This document shows positions 1 to 12,500 of a stretch of 64,000 bases of DNA, in pieces. The notes below the pieces were generated by a model. It ran no database searches. It was given only the letters and a program-made list of their open reading frames with translations, and was not told the origin of the DNA. The DNA is from a virus (Duplodnaviria; Caudoviricetes). The first letter of the stretch is position 1. Each line of letters opens with the position of its first letter. Location: IMG/VR virus record IMGVR_UViG_3300029305_002015, positions 36,956 to 100,955 of that record; one strand, given 5' to 3'. The position numbers and the translations under genes are program-made.

Positions 1-769
1 TATCTTCTTTAGTATATTGAACTTTCTTTTTCATTGGAAGTCTCTCACCTTGAGGGGTAATATATACAAGATCAATACCTGCAATTTGACGACTCCACTT
101 CAGCTCAATATCACTATTCGTAGTAACTAGATTATCTGTAATAGAAACAGTTTCAACTTTACGATCAAATTCCTGTAAGTCTACAAATAATACTAGCCAG
201 TTAATCGATGTAACTTGATGTCTTACATATTTATTCGAAACAATAGAAATGGAATTCTGTTCTTCCATATCATAGTATACATTAAATACTCTCTTACCAT
301 CAATGAATTGATGATCTATAATGATATCATAATCAAGACGATACATGTTATCACCAAGGATAACTTTAGTATCTTTATCAATTACAAATCGTTGAGTATT
401 AGAATTTTTAACAGCAGTAGAGTATTTAATGATATCAGGTAGCCATACCTGTAATGCGAAACTGCAAGCACTCGGTTTAGCAAAAGTATATCCCAAGTTA
501 AATAAAGATGCTTCCGAATATATGGAACTAGGAAGTACAGCTCTAGTGATAAATGACTCATTCATCATAAGTGATGCAGTACCATGAGCATCTTCAATTG
601 CTTGAGAGATCATTTCAGAAGTAATACCAGTAAATCCTAGATTAAGTTTATTCATAGGAACAGTAGGAAATGCTTTAGGTATTAATACTTCTTGTATGAA
701 TTCTTTGATATCAAAGTTGCTTGTATAATTTCTTACATATACATCTTTATTTCCAACTTTCTCAAGCAT
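1..769 (-). CDS. Baseplate wedge subunit (T4 gp6-like), runs off the left edge of the window
   Basis: Not in ORF track; read manually. RBS AAAGGAGTG, ATG at 769: MLEKVGNKDVYVRNYTSNFDIKEF...MMNESFITRAVLPSSIYSEASLFNLGY, resembling the gp6/baseplate-J N-terminal NESFLDSAxLRSSV motif. Open to position 1. Confidence 0.55.
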   Translation of the reverse strand, partial: MLEKVGNKDVYVRNYTSNFDIKEFIQEVLIPKAFPTVPMNKLNLGFTGITSEMISQAIEDAHGTASLMMNESFITRAVLPSSIYSEASLFNLGYTFAKPSACSFALQVWLPDIIKYSTAVKNSNTQRFVIDKDTKVILGDNMYRLDYDIIIDHQFIDGKRVFNVYYDMEEQNSISIVSNKYVRHQVTSINWLVLFVDLQEFDRKVETVSITDNLVTTNSDIELKWSRQIAGIDLVYITPQGERLPMKKKVQYTKED

Positions 770-822
770 TATATGTCACTCCTTTCATTTCATATGAGTT
801 TCATGTAAAAACATAATTTACT

Positions 823-2709
823 TTAATCCGTGAAATGACCATCTAAGGCTGCACGATATAACAGAGAATCAGGAATCTTATTATAAGGACGGAATTTCAA
901 TCTGATAGAGGATCTATCCTTATTATAATTTACCCTATTTGGTAACAGTGAAGGATCATTCAGTTCCATCTGAATAAACGGTGAGCCAACATATGGTCTA
1001 GAGGAGTGACCTAACTCTACATTGAAAGAGTTTTCAGATCTACCAAGTGTTACTCTTGCATTATCATTAAACTCAATCAATGAAATTGGTGATAAATCTT
1101 TCTTAAATGAATATCTAAATCTAATACTAAGTTTAGGTGTATTTCCAATTGGAGTTTCAAGATCCCAACTTAGTGCATTGGCTCCAGTACTAATAGGGAA
1201 TACTCCATAATACTTAGACCAGTATAAGACATCCTCACCATCAGGTCCACATTTGAATACATAAACAGATGCACCATAGTCAAGAGTTTTAGTATATACA
1301 TGACTACCATTTCTAGAAGTACTAATTCCATTGGAACTGTTCAATGAATATGAAGGGCTCCATGCTCCACGTGCAACATTATCTATGTATGTGACCCACA
1401 ATTTGATTAAGTTAATAATAGAATAATCCGAAGTCTCATTAAAGTTGCAACTAAATTCACCAGCAGCTCTACCAGTATACGCATCGCCATATACCATCTG
1501 GTAGTCATTCCAAGATTTACCTGCTTCAACGCTGCTAATTTCCTCATCTTTAATGTCAAAGGAGGTAACCTGATTAGATAATAACATATTGAAATTATTA
1601 TCATCATCACCACAACGTGATCCATCCACAAGTAATTTGAATAACTCTGGATTGCGACGCCAAATTAAAGCTGACTCACTATGATTCAACGTTTGGGCAT
1701 TAGCGGTTGGGTTAGTACCCCTAGTTAGAATATTCAAATCAGGTCTGGTAAAAAATACATGTGTAACTGATTTATTATGTGCCATATTAAGATCAGGCAC
1801 TTTAAATCTATTATACATATAATATTTCATAGCTTTTGCTATTTCATTATTACCATGAACTGGGATACCAAATGCTGCTCTTGCTTCCATCAATTTGTCT
1901 TCGAGTCGAGTCATAGCCACAAATCTCTTATCACCAGGGATAATTTGATAATCATACTTTGCTGCGAGTAGCCCCTGGGAGGCTCTTTTCAAAATTGGGA
2001 AACTTTGATTATTCTGAATATTTTCAATGTCATTATTCAGCATCTGGCGTTTCTTATTTGGATCTTGCCAAGCAGTCTTCTGATGTAGTACTTTTACACT
2101 ATCATCAATTTGAACATTTGCACCTATACTTTTCTTTTCTTGAGTATTAAGAGTTCTTAGAGTACCAGTACCTCTATTCTTATACTCAAATGATCCATCT
2201 TGACCAACCGCATCAGCTTGTGAAATATATTTAGTTGATGCAGCAGTAGTGGATACATTTCCTCCAGTTGTCTGGGTTGATGCTCTGAGACCAGTTCCCC
2301 AAGAGGATTGATCTTTCTTTATGACAAAAGCATCATTACTTAAGACAGCTTGAGAGGATCGTCTGGTAACTTGTACTGTCAGATCTTCTTTACCTTGGTC
2401 GGTAGGTGGTAAACTAGGAGCGGGAGGATCAGGTTTAGTTTGAACAGGTTGATGAGAAGATGTAACTACAACTATATCTTCAGGTCTAACCTGCCATACA
2501 ACAACGCCATCGTTGCTACACCTAACTTTAGTAACAGTGGAGGGTAATCCCCATCTACTACCTGTCTTCCAGTTGTCATCAATTAAAACAACTTTACAGG
2601 TTAGAGGTCCACCTTCACCATACATTCTTCCTGATTTTGCTCGGTTACCATTAGTGACGTCTATGCCGCCATTTCGGATCTGAACAACATCTCCTACATA
2701 AACATCCAT
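823..2709 (-). CDS. Virion structural protein with C-terminal tail-tube/baseplate-hub-like domain
   Basis: 628 aa; HVFFTRPDLN motif; GVFPISTGANALSWD resembles the T4 gp19/gp54 tube-fold motif; N-terminal beta domain plus Pro/Ser/Thr-rich linker; RBS GGAGG. Confidence 0.5.
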   Translation of the reverse strand: MDVYVGDVVQIRNGGIDVTNGNRAKSGRMYGEGGPLTCKVVLIDDNWKTGSRWGLPSTVTKVRCSNDGVVVWQVRPEDIVVVTSSHQPVQTKPDPPAPSLPPTDQGKEDLTVQVTRRSSQAVLSNDAFVIKKDQSSWGTGLRASTQTTGGNVSTTAASTKYISQADAVGQDGSFEYKNRGTGTLRTLNTQEKKSIGANVQIDDSVKVLHQKTAWQDPNKKRQMLNNDIENIQNNQSFPILKRASQGLLAAKYDYQIIPGDKRFVAMTRLEDKLMEARAAFGIPVHGNNEIAKAMKYYMYNRFKVPDLNMAHNKSVTHVFFTRPDLNILTRGTNPTANAQTLNHSESALIWRRNPELFKLLVDGSRCGDDDNNFNMLLSNQVTSFDIKDEEISSVEAGKSWNDYQMVYGDAYTGRAAGEFSCNFNETSDYSIINLIKLWVTYIDNVARGAWSPSYSLNSSNGISTSRNGSHVYTKTLDYGASVYVFKCGPDGEDVLYWSKYYGVFPISTGANALSWDLETPIGNTPKLSIRFRYSFKKDLSPISLIEFNDNARVTLGRSENSFNVELGHSSRPYVGSPFIQMELNDPSLLPNRVNYNKDRSSIRLKFRPYNKIPDSLLYRAALDGHFTD

Positions 2710-2769
2710 ATAGAACCTCCTAATAAAATCATTGAAAGTTAATTTTAAGTAAAGGAGTGATTAATTGTT

Positions 2770-5700
2770 ATGGGACAGCTAAAGGATAAAAGAATTGTCC
2801 AGTCTCGTGTATGGCTGGAACCTAATCCTAGTCCAATTCCCCAATATGATTATGACTATACATATCCTATTTCTGTATATGAAGCAATCAAAAGAAATAT
2901 GGATGATAACGCCACAAACCTATCGGACGAATTGGATAGTATCTATCGTTTAATAAACGAAAAACAAAATATCATTGAAGCTGGAATCCCGGGTAATGTA
3001 ATGACCTGGACTGGAACAAGAGGAAATATTGGATCCATTGAGATCCTGAAGATGATCAACTCCGATCCTTCTCTTCGTTCCCATCAGAAACTTGTAAGCG
3101 AAAGGGCTATTGGTGATATCCTAGATTCTAAAGTATCAGCTGGTGTATTTAATGCTCATATCAATGAGACTTCTATTCACGTAACTGATATCGAAAAGAA
3201 TCGTTGGAATTCTATGGCTCCTCTCAGTACTTTGCATTCTCACATCAATAATATTGCAATGCATATTACTGAGGCAGAACGTGGTCGTTGGAATAATAAG
3301 GCTGACCAGTCCTTCGTAGATGATCATGTCTACAATATCAACAATCCTCACAATGTAACTGCTCATCAGGTTGGTACATATAGTCGTAAAGAAATCGATA
3401 ATATGTTTGAAAACCTTCGTGAGTCTTTCTTCAATTATCTGAATATTTATTGGGATGATAGACAGAGTAAGGCAGAGCTGGTTGAGTATCATGCAACTAA
3501 CTGGAATCCTAACTATGTATTAGAATATAGTGATAGCCTACCAGAAGTTGAAAATAATGATTCTACTTATTTCGCTCTGAAACCTGCTACTGACTATAAG
3601 ATCAATGAATCTCAGGATTGTATCATCTACATTAAACGTCCTGGTATGATTTGGCAGGAAGTCGGCTTCCAGACAATGGATGTCGGCGACATGGTAATTC
3701 GTTATCCTGATACTGCTATGTACGTATGGGTACAGGGACGTTTCATGGGTCTATTTACTGGTGCTTCAGGAGGTTCTGGTAGTAATGGATCCGATGGTGA
3801 AGATGGTAGTGCTGGAGGTACTGGTGGCAACAGCGACATGATGTGGCGTCCAGTAATCGATGAGACTACTGGAACCTTAACTTGGGTCAAATCCAAGAGT
3901 TCTGATCCTCCTGGTCCTTATGTAATTAAGGGTAAGGATGGTTATAATCCTATCAAGGGCATTGACTATAATGATGGTAAAGATGGCGTAGGTGTTCCTC
4001 CTGGTGGTATGACTGGTGAAGTCCTCGTTAAGATGACTGATGAAAACTTTGAGACTACCTGGAAAAACATTATCGATGTTCTTGGTGACTTAATCATTTC
4101 TGGTGGAGGATTACCTGCTGGTATCATTAGCTGGGATATGATTAAGGGTAGACCTGAGTGGTATAATGAGCTTGGTGATAATGAAGATGGATTCATTACT
4201 CAGAGAGCTGCTACTCGTCAGTTTGAGATTGTAAATAACTCTATCAGTGAGCTTCTTGAAAAGATCATTGGCAATGGTGGTCTTGATTCCGTCAAGGAAG
4301 ATCTATATGCCCACATCAATGACTTTAGTAATCCTCATAGAGTTACTACTGCTCAGATTGGTGCAGTTAGTGTTGCCACATTCACTGAACATGTTCAGAA
4401 CTTCCATAATCCTCATAATGTTACTGCACAGCAAATCGGTTTAGGTAATGTAAATAATACCTCCGATATGGATAAGCCCATTTCTAATGCTGTACAGGAA
4501 GCTTTGGATGATATCCTCGATAAGATTGGTATTGTAACTGGTAACGTATCTGGTATCAACTATGTTGATACTGTTAACTGGAGCGATCATAATACTACTC
4601 TTACTTTCATCTATAAAGATGGAACTGAAGTTGATGTTCAGATTCCTATTACGGATATCTTCAATAATATCTACTTCGATCCTGTAGAGGGTGAACTCGT
4701 AATTGTACTACCTGATGGCAATGAAAATAGAATTGATATCAGTGCTATGATCAAAGTCTATAGTGGTAGTATGAGTAAGAATATTCAGGTAGAAGTTTCT
4801 ACAGATAATATTATTAAGGCTAGCATTCTACCTAATACTATTGGTGAGGATGAGCTGAAAGTTTCTGTACATCTGCCTGGTTCTCCCACTACAACTACTC
4901 AGCCTGTAACTGATAGATCTACTCGTATTGCTACTACTGAGTTCGTTCGTAATCAGGTTATTGATAATCTGATCTCTTATGAGACTGACCGCGCTCTATC
5001 TGCAAATATGGGTCGTATCCTCAATCAGCGTAAGGTTGATATTGAAGATATTATGGAGATCATTAATGATCTCGAGGCAATTGATGTAATTGATAACCTT
5101 GAATCTACTAACTCTCTTGCAGCTCTGTCTGCTAACATGGGTAGATATCTTGATCTTACTAAAGCACCTCGAGTTCATACATCTTCTTCTCCTTCTACCT
5201 TTGGTAGAGCAACCATCAGTCTGTTTGGTCACGCCCGTGCATCTGATATTGATCCTCTGATGGATGGTACTGTATTCCGTGGTACTGATGATGGTTATTA
5301 TGCTCGTGCAGACCATCGTCACCCCACTGATAGTTCTCGTGCTCCTGTTCACTTCCCTGATGTCACTAATGGCATTGATAGCTTTACTGGTGAGCCCAAG
5401 ACTACTGTACCTCCTGATGATTCTAACGATACTCGTATTCCTACTACCAGCTGGATTAGAAGGAATGCAGTTGGTGTTCAGATGGGTGAATGTGATTCCG
5501 ATAGTTATGCTGTCAATAAGATCGTTGTACTAAGATCTGACTTTATGGAAGAGCCTGTCTTCATGCGTCAGACTGGTAGTACTGTATCTGTCACATTCCT
5601 TGAGGATGACCTTGCTGAAGATACTGTATTTATGGATGTCCAGGGTTCTGGTCCTGCAATGGTTGTATTCGGTGGTCTACCGATTGTAAATGGTATGATT

Positions 5701-6564
5701 AAAGCAAATCATACTTATACCTTTACTTTCGATGGTACTAACTGGAGACTGATGAATCCTTCTGGTATCCATACTTTACCTGATGATGATAACTCTAACT
5801 CGTTCATTTCTTCTGAATGGGTACGTAGAAACTTAGTTGGTGTAACTAAGGGTGAGTCTGCTACTGCAGGTGGTAACCCCAATAAGGTTGCAACTCTTCG
5901 TTCTACTTTCATGGATCCTGTTGTATTCATGCGTCAGATTGGTACCACTATTGCTATTACCTTTGAACATGAAGATCGTAGTGGTGATACACCTACTACA
6001 TTGAACGTCAATGGTACTGGAGCTGCTAAGGTCCTGTTTGCCGGTGGTCCTCTATCTACTGGTATGATTGGTAAGAATCATACTCACATGTTCGTATTCG
6101 ATGGAGAAAACTGGAGACTCATTAACCCTGTACCTGGTACTGGTATTGGTGGTCCTGATGGTATTACCATTGGCCCTGGTACTCCTCCTGGTGAAGATGA
6201 TCCTGAAGATCCTGAGAATCCCACTCCTGAGATGATCATTAACCAAGATACTGGTCACATTGGATTTACAATAGTTGGTGATAATGGTGCTGATGATGAT
6301 GGCCAAGTTGATGAAGTATGGGTTACCTTACAATATGCTCCTAAGGCTGGTGGTGTAGAGGTTACTCTTGCTGAGGAAGATACTGCATGGGCAGTCAAGT
6401 TTGGTGATGGTACAATCCGTAGAGTCACGACACCTGTTGTTAGGGAAGTGAATGAGACTAGCGCCATTATCCAGTTTACTCTCATGGATGTATATCCATC
6501 TAACTCTCCTTGTCATCTACTCTATCGTACTAATAAGGCATGGATCAATATTAAAGAACTATAA
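2770..6564 (+). CDS. Tail fibre protein
   Basis: 1264 aa; repeated H-x4-NPHxVTxxQxG and HxTxxExxRWN fibre repeats, GKDG...GKDG segment, ARADHRHP motif, two copies of a ~120-aa domain ending FDGxNWRLxNP. Confidence 0.75.
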   Translation: MGQLKDKRIVQSRVWLEPNPSPIPQYDYDYTYPISVYEAIKRNMDDNATNLSDELDSIYRLINEKQNIIEAGIPGNVMTWTGTRGNIGSIEILKMINSDPSLRSHQKLVSERAIGDILDSKVSAGVFNAHINETSIHVTDIEKNRWNSMAPLSTLHSHINNIAMHITEAERGRWNNKADQSFVDDHVYNINNPHNVTAHQVGTYSRKEIDNMFENLRESFFNYLNIYWDDRQSKAELVEYHATNWNPNYVLEYSDSLPEVENNDSTYFALKPATDYKINESQDCIIYIKRPGMIWQEVGFQTMDVGDMVIRYPDTAMYVWVQGRFMGLFTGASGGSGSNGSDGEDGSAGGTGGNSDMMWRPVIDETTGTLTWVKSKSSDPPGPYVIKGKDGYNPIKGIDYNDGKDGVGVPPGGMTGEVLVKMTDENFETTWKNIIDVLGDLIISGGGLPAGIISWDMIKGRPEWYNELGDNEDGFITQRAATRQFEIVNNSISELLEKIIGNGGLDSVKEDLYAHINDFSNPHRVTTAQIGAVSVATFTEHVQNFHNPHNVTAQQIGLGNVNNTSDMDKPISNAVQEALDDILDKIGIVTGNVSGINYVDTVNWSDHNTTLTFIYKDGTEVDVQIPITDIFNNIYFDPVEGELVIVLPDGNENRIDISAMIKVYSGSMSKNIQVEVSTDNIIKASILPNTIGEDELKVSVHLPGSPTTTTQPVTDRSTRIATTEFVRNQVIDNLISYETDRALSANMGRILNQRKVDIEDIMEIINDLEAIDVIDNLESTNSLAALSANMGRYLDLTKAPRVHTSSSPSTFGRATISLFGHARASDIDPLMDGTVFRGTDDGYYARADHRHPTDSSRAPVHFPDVTNGIDSFTGEPKTTVPPDDSNDTRIPTTSWIRRNAVGVQMGECDSDSYAVNKIVVLRSDFMEEPVFMRQTGSTVSVTFLEDDLAEDTVFMDVQGSGPAMVVFGGLPIVNGMIKANHTYTFTFDGTNWRLMNPSGIHTLPDDDNSNSFISSEWVRRNLVGVTKGESATAGGNPNKVATLRSTFMDPVVFMRQIGTTIAITFEHEDRSGDTPTTLNVNGTGAAKVLFAGGPLSTGMIGKNHTHMFVFDGENWRLINPVPGTGIGGPDGITIGPGTPPGEDDPEDPENPTPEMIINQDTGHIGFTIVGDNGADDDGQVDEVWVTLQYAPKAGGVEVTLAEEDTAWAVKFGDGTIRRVTTPVVREVNETSAIIQFTLMDVYPSNSPCHLLYRTNKAWINIKEL

Positions 6565-6581
6565 TAGGAGGTGAGCATCGA

Positions 6582-9500
6582 ATGGCACTGATTAACAAAC
6601 GCACCGGTTTCTATGGTTTCACTGCTGATGGACTCGGTGGGATTAAGAGCGATAAGACTGGTAGTGTTAAAAAATGTATCATTTCTATTGCATATCAAGT
6701 GCATTTGAGAAATGTTAGATTTAGTATCTCTGGCGGTGCCGATGATTGGGGTGCTCAAATGGGGGATGGGTCCATCATCCCCCTCTCCAACCCCAATACG
6801 TTGTACGTAAACCGTGATAGTGCTATTGTTGAGTTTGACATGGCTACGGCTTACGCCGCCAATTCCCCTTGTGCATTAGTATACAGAAGTGATACTGCTG
6901 CATTTAAAGTTGTTGAAACTGATGATGGATCTGAAGTATATGAAAATACTTTAAGTGGTCACTTTGCATTTACCGTTGAAGGTTATGGTGGTAAGAGTTA
7001 TGACCTCGGATATGTAGATCGTGTTCTTGCTACTATTCCTTTCCCTGTACAAGTATCTGATGTTGAATTCAGTATTAGTGCAGGTGATGATCACTGGGGT
7101 GCTAGAATGGGTGATGGATCTATCATTCCATTAGTCAATCCTGAGGTTTTAGTCACTAATGCTGATAATGCTGTTATCAAATTTGAAATGACTCAACCTT
7201 ATCCCTCTAACTCCCCCTGTATGATTGTATACAGAAGTCCTGAAGCATCTTTCCACCTGGAAGTTGTAGTTATTCCTCCTGAATATGTTCCTGTAACAGA
7301 TATTACTGAGGTTCCTGAATCTCTTGTTGCAGGTACATCTGTAGACTTGTCTCCTTGCTGTGTAGCTCCTACTGATGCTACTGTTCAGGGTATCTCTTGG
7401 ATGGTAATGAGTGGTCCTGCTAAAGTTGAAGGTGATACCTTAACTACTACTGGCCAGGGAACTGTTGTTCTGAAAGCAACTGTCGCAGGTGGTAAAACTG
7501 AAGAGGGTGAAGACTTTACTAAAACATTCAATATTCCAGTAAAGGCTAATAAGATTACAATCTTGGCTCATCCTACTCAGGAGACTACCTTGACTCATGG
7601 AGTTGTTCGTGGTAACTTAACTGTTATTGCTAAATCTGATACTGGTGTAATCAGTTATAAGTGGTATCAGAATAAGATCAATTCTTATACAAATGCTACT
7701 CCTGTTCATAATGGTGCCAAATCTAGTTATACATTCCCTGTGGATATTAGTGCCGGCATCCATTACTACTTCTGCGAGATTAGTAGCCCTGGTGCAACTA
7801 GTGTAAGATCTAATATTGCCAAGGTAAATGTTTTAGTAGAACTTGATTCTGTAACTATTATTCCTGAAATTAGTTCTATGCTTATCACTTCTACTCAGAA
7901 GTTTGATATTACTCATTTACCTGAAGATGCTCATAAACCTCAGATTGCTTGGACTTCTAGTGATCATAACGTTGTCCAGATTGATGAGGAAGGTAATGCA
8001 CTGGCAGTTAACCAGGGTTCCGCGGTGATTACCGCGACAACCCTTGATGGAAGATATAGTGATAGTATCAAGATTACTGTTCCTGCATATGTCTCTGTAA
8101 CTAACATCACTGGTTTAATTACTACTCTATCAACTGGTGTCTATAGTTCGTTAGTTGGTACAGTAGTTCCTTCTAATGCTACAGAGAAATCTATCCAATG
8201 GGCAATTATTGACCAGGGTACTACTGAGGCAATAATTAGTAACAATAGACTGTATGCATCTAAGGCTGGTACAGTTAGATTGAAAGCAACCATTATCAAG
8301 GGTATTTCTCCTACTCAGGATTTCATTAAGGAATTCTCTGTAATTGTTACTAAAGCATTTATTGCTGTAACAGATGTTACCTTAGTAGATTTCCCTGTTC
8401 CTATCAGATGTGACCAGACTGCAATGGTAAAGGGTAAAGTTACTCCTGCAGATGCAGATTATACGGATATCATTTGGACTATTAGTCAGCCTGGTTCAAC
8501 TGGTGCTACTCTAGTAGATGGAGTTATTAGTTTTACTGATCCCGGTACTGTAATATTACTTGCTACTATTCTTAATGGTAAGAGCCCTTCTGTAAACTTT
8601 ACTAAAGAATTCTCTATTAAGATTAATGATCCTTGGGTAGCAATTGATCATGTAGAGTTGACTCCTACTGAGTATGACCCTAACCCGACAAATGGTGAAG
8701 CTATTAAATTAACTGCTATTGTATATCCTGAAAATGCAACAAAGAAAGATGTCATCATGAAAATGCTTGATGACAGTGTTGCAAAAGCTACATTTGATGC
8801 AGCAACTCAGATGCTTCAAGTTAATCCTAAGAATATGAAGCCTACTGATGAGCCTGTTGTAATGATGGAGCTAACTGTAATCGATGGATATACTGAGGGT
8901 AGAGATTATGTAGTAACTCATAATGTCCGTATTATTCCTCCTGCTCCTGAGGATGAATATGTTCCTATTGATCGTATTGATCTAGTATATCCTGAACCAA
9001 TGAGATGTCATTATCCTGTTCTATTAGAGCGGTTTACTGTATATCCTTGGAATGCTTCAGAAATCAATGCTAGATTTAGATCTCAGAGAGCTCAAGAATA
9101 TGGCGGTGCAGATAACATCATTTTCAATCCTAATGAATATGCATTTAGCCATACTCAAAAGAAAGAATTCTTTGATTGGGGATTGGATGAAAACTATCTG
9201 TTCCCATATGACCCTGGTAAAATTAATCTAAACCTAACCGTTGTTAAGGGTTTAGGTCCTGAACCTGGTCAGGATTATATACGAAACTTTGAACTCGATA
9301 TGCTTCCTCCTTATATTGCAGCTAAGGATATCTCCAATATTCCAATTGAAGTTCCTGTAGGTAAGGACTTTATCCTCTCTGGTGAAGTCGAAACTCAAGG
9401 AGGTATTGGATACCATAATCCTACATGGGATGAGGAAGTGCCTAGCTTCGATAATATTATTTGGAGAATTGGTGATGACTACTTCGATACTGATGAATAT

Positions 9501-12500
9501 CCTAATAGGGCTAATGCAGTATTGAAGGGTGAGAATGGTAATACTCTATACTGTAATAGGTCTGGACAATTTACTATCCAAGCATATATCGAGAATGGTA
9601 AAGCTGATGCTGTAAAGTGGTATGATAAGACTCAAATTGGTGAGCCTTTCACTAAACTCTTTACGATTAAAGCTGTCAGTGATACCACTTATAACAAAGC
9701 GATTGTAACTCTTACTCTTAATACTGGTACTAAAGTTCGTGTATATTCAATGGGTGATCTGAATAATCTTTGTAATGATTTACCATCTGATACCACGATT
9801 ACCATTAATGGAACACCATTCAGGAAGGATCAAGTTGTTGGAGTAAGTTTCTGGGAAGAAAGTTATGTAACTGATTCTACTGTTGCAATCAAGGATATTT
9901 CTCTTGATAAGATTGAACTAGAACCTTACGAACTTATTGCTCCTGAAGTAGAAGTAGAGTCATTTGATGGAATTACTCCTAGTAATGATAGTGATGGTTG
10001 TATTACTATCATGGATACCAAGAGTGCATTCTACGGTATGAAGATCTTACCTGACAATGTATATCTACTTCCTGATGGTACTATTATCAGATATTATGAC
10101 TCTAAGAGTTACTTTACTACTGATGGATCTGGAACTATCACCGGTTTAACTCCTGAGGGTAAGGCAATGTTAAATCTGCCTATTCCTTCTATTATCGATG
10201 GTGAAGAAATTACTGCTATTGGTAGTAATGCATTTGATGGTGCAACATTCTCAATTGTGCTTATTCCTAAAACTGTAACTATCATCGGAGCTGGTGCATT
10301 TAACAATTGCTCTAATCTTACCACTGTTATCATTGATAATGGTATTGAAACTATTGAAGATGGAGCATTTGCTGGTTGTGATGATCTGATTAATGTTTTC
10401 TATACTGGATCTGAAGAAGATTGGAATGAGATTGATATCTCTAACACAGATGATTCTAATGCTGTATTAATTAATGCAACTAAAGAATTTGAATATGATA
10501 TTAATCTGGCAAATTCTGTCAAATTCATGATCGATGAAGTTGAATATACTGCACTAAATGGTATGACTTGGGAAGAGTGGGTAAATAGTGAATTTAATAC
10601 TAAAGGATTTACTTCCAATGGTGCTAATATCACTGAAACTGTTGCTGATGAAACCATGTATGTTGCAGTTAATGAAGAAGATGGAATGAGAGTATTATCT
10701 ACTGATATTATCAATGCAAATCACCACTATGTTACTGGTACTGCTGATTCTACCCATAGCCCTGATTTTGCAGCTCTTAATATTGGTGATGGTGATGATG
10801 TTATTCTTAACCTTAAATATGCTCATGACATCTTCAAAGTAGATCCTTCCATTATTCAGATTCCTGATTCTTTTGTAAGATATGATAATGGATGGGTTGG
10901 CATTCCTGCTGGTACTATCTTAAGTACCTCTGGTAGCTTAATTGTACCTAACCCTGAATATGGTGCAACTAGTTTCCATGTAACGGGTATTGTTACCTAT
11001 TCTGATGGAACACCGTTTGTTGGAGCAAAGGTTCGTGCTATGATGGGAACTCAGCAAGTTGGTGCAGAAGCTACTACATCTCCTGAAGGTAAATACACTA
11101 TTAAGAATCTACCTATTGGAAATTACAGGTTGATTGCCGATAATGGCTATGGTGATACTGTCGCAACTGATTTTATGATTGATGGTGAAACTGAAATTGT
11201 TGACCTGAAATTCTCTACTCTTTATTATGAAGCATCTCTAACAATTGCCACTAAAATTATGGATAATCAGAAACTCAGTGACATCAGTATTAGTGGTATT
11301 GCGTTAACTGTTGATGATAAAGAAGTAGCTGGTAAATTCTCGTGGGTAACAACCGATGATGAATTCGATACTTCTTATTCTACCAGCGATGCTTTATGGA
11401 AATTCACTCCTAATAATACCAATAGGTATCTACCCGTATATGGTACTGTAACATTTACTGTGTTATCAAGTATCATTAAGAAAGCTCCAAGTCCTGTAAC
11501 TGATATATTGATTCATAATGGATCTCGTAAATCTCCTACATGGAATGATTATGATTCTGATCAATTAACTATGGGCGGAGATACTTCTGGAACTGACGCT
11601 GGTATGTATTATACCACATTTACTCCTAAGGGTTTATTCACTTGGGAAGATGGAAGTCAGAAGGAAGTAAGCATTTCCTGGGGCATTTATATGCCTTTCC
11701 ATGTTACTAAGAGTAACAGGGGAACGGTTGGATATGATTCTGATAGCTCAGACTTTACCATGAAGGAAACCTTCATCTCTAGTGGTATAATGTATGCACC
11801 TACTAGTATGGATATCCATGTATTTGATAGCTGTACACATCTAAAGACTTTATCTATTCCTGGAACAATGACCGAAATTTCTGAAATGGCATTCGACCAG
11901 TGTTCTGGATTGACTAAAGTTGTTATCAATGAAGGTGTATCTATCATTGGTGCATGTGCTTTCCAGCAATGTAGTTCACTAACAGAAATTACAATTCCAG
12001 CATCTTTAACCCAAGTTGGTTCTAATGCTTTCTCTGGTTGCAGCAAATTATCTACTGTGAATTATGGTGGAACTAAAGAGCAGTGGAATAAACTTAAGGT
12101 AAATATTTCTAGTGGTAACAGTAGACTTACTGGAGCTACTATTAAATATACTGAAGAAGTTGCAACTGTTGAGGAAGAGGGTGAAGAGGCACCTGTTATT
12201 GATCCTACTACTCCTTCTACTGGTGGTAGCACTACTGTTGTACCTGAAGATACTGAAGAAGATGTTGTTGAGGATAAAGAGCCTAACTATGATGTATATC
12301 CGATGCTATATGAAATCTCTATTCATGGTATAGTATTTGATCATACTACTAGTAGGATTTTATTCCCTGATGGTACTTGTATCTTGAATGCTTCCAAAAT
12401 TCTTTTACCTCACAATTACACCTATGATCCTGATACAACATATATCGACCCTGTCAGTGTTGATGAGTCTGATATTTTGATAAAGATGCCTTATGGTGTT

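Noticed and set aside
215-442. Plus-strand 75-aa ORF and the many other short antisense or overlapping ORFs in the track
   Set aside because: They are shadows of longer genes with RBS and recognisable motifs; this one is antisense to the gp6-like gene at 1-769.
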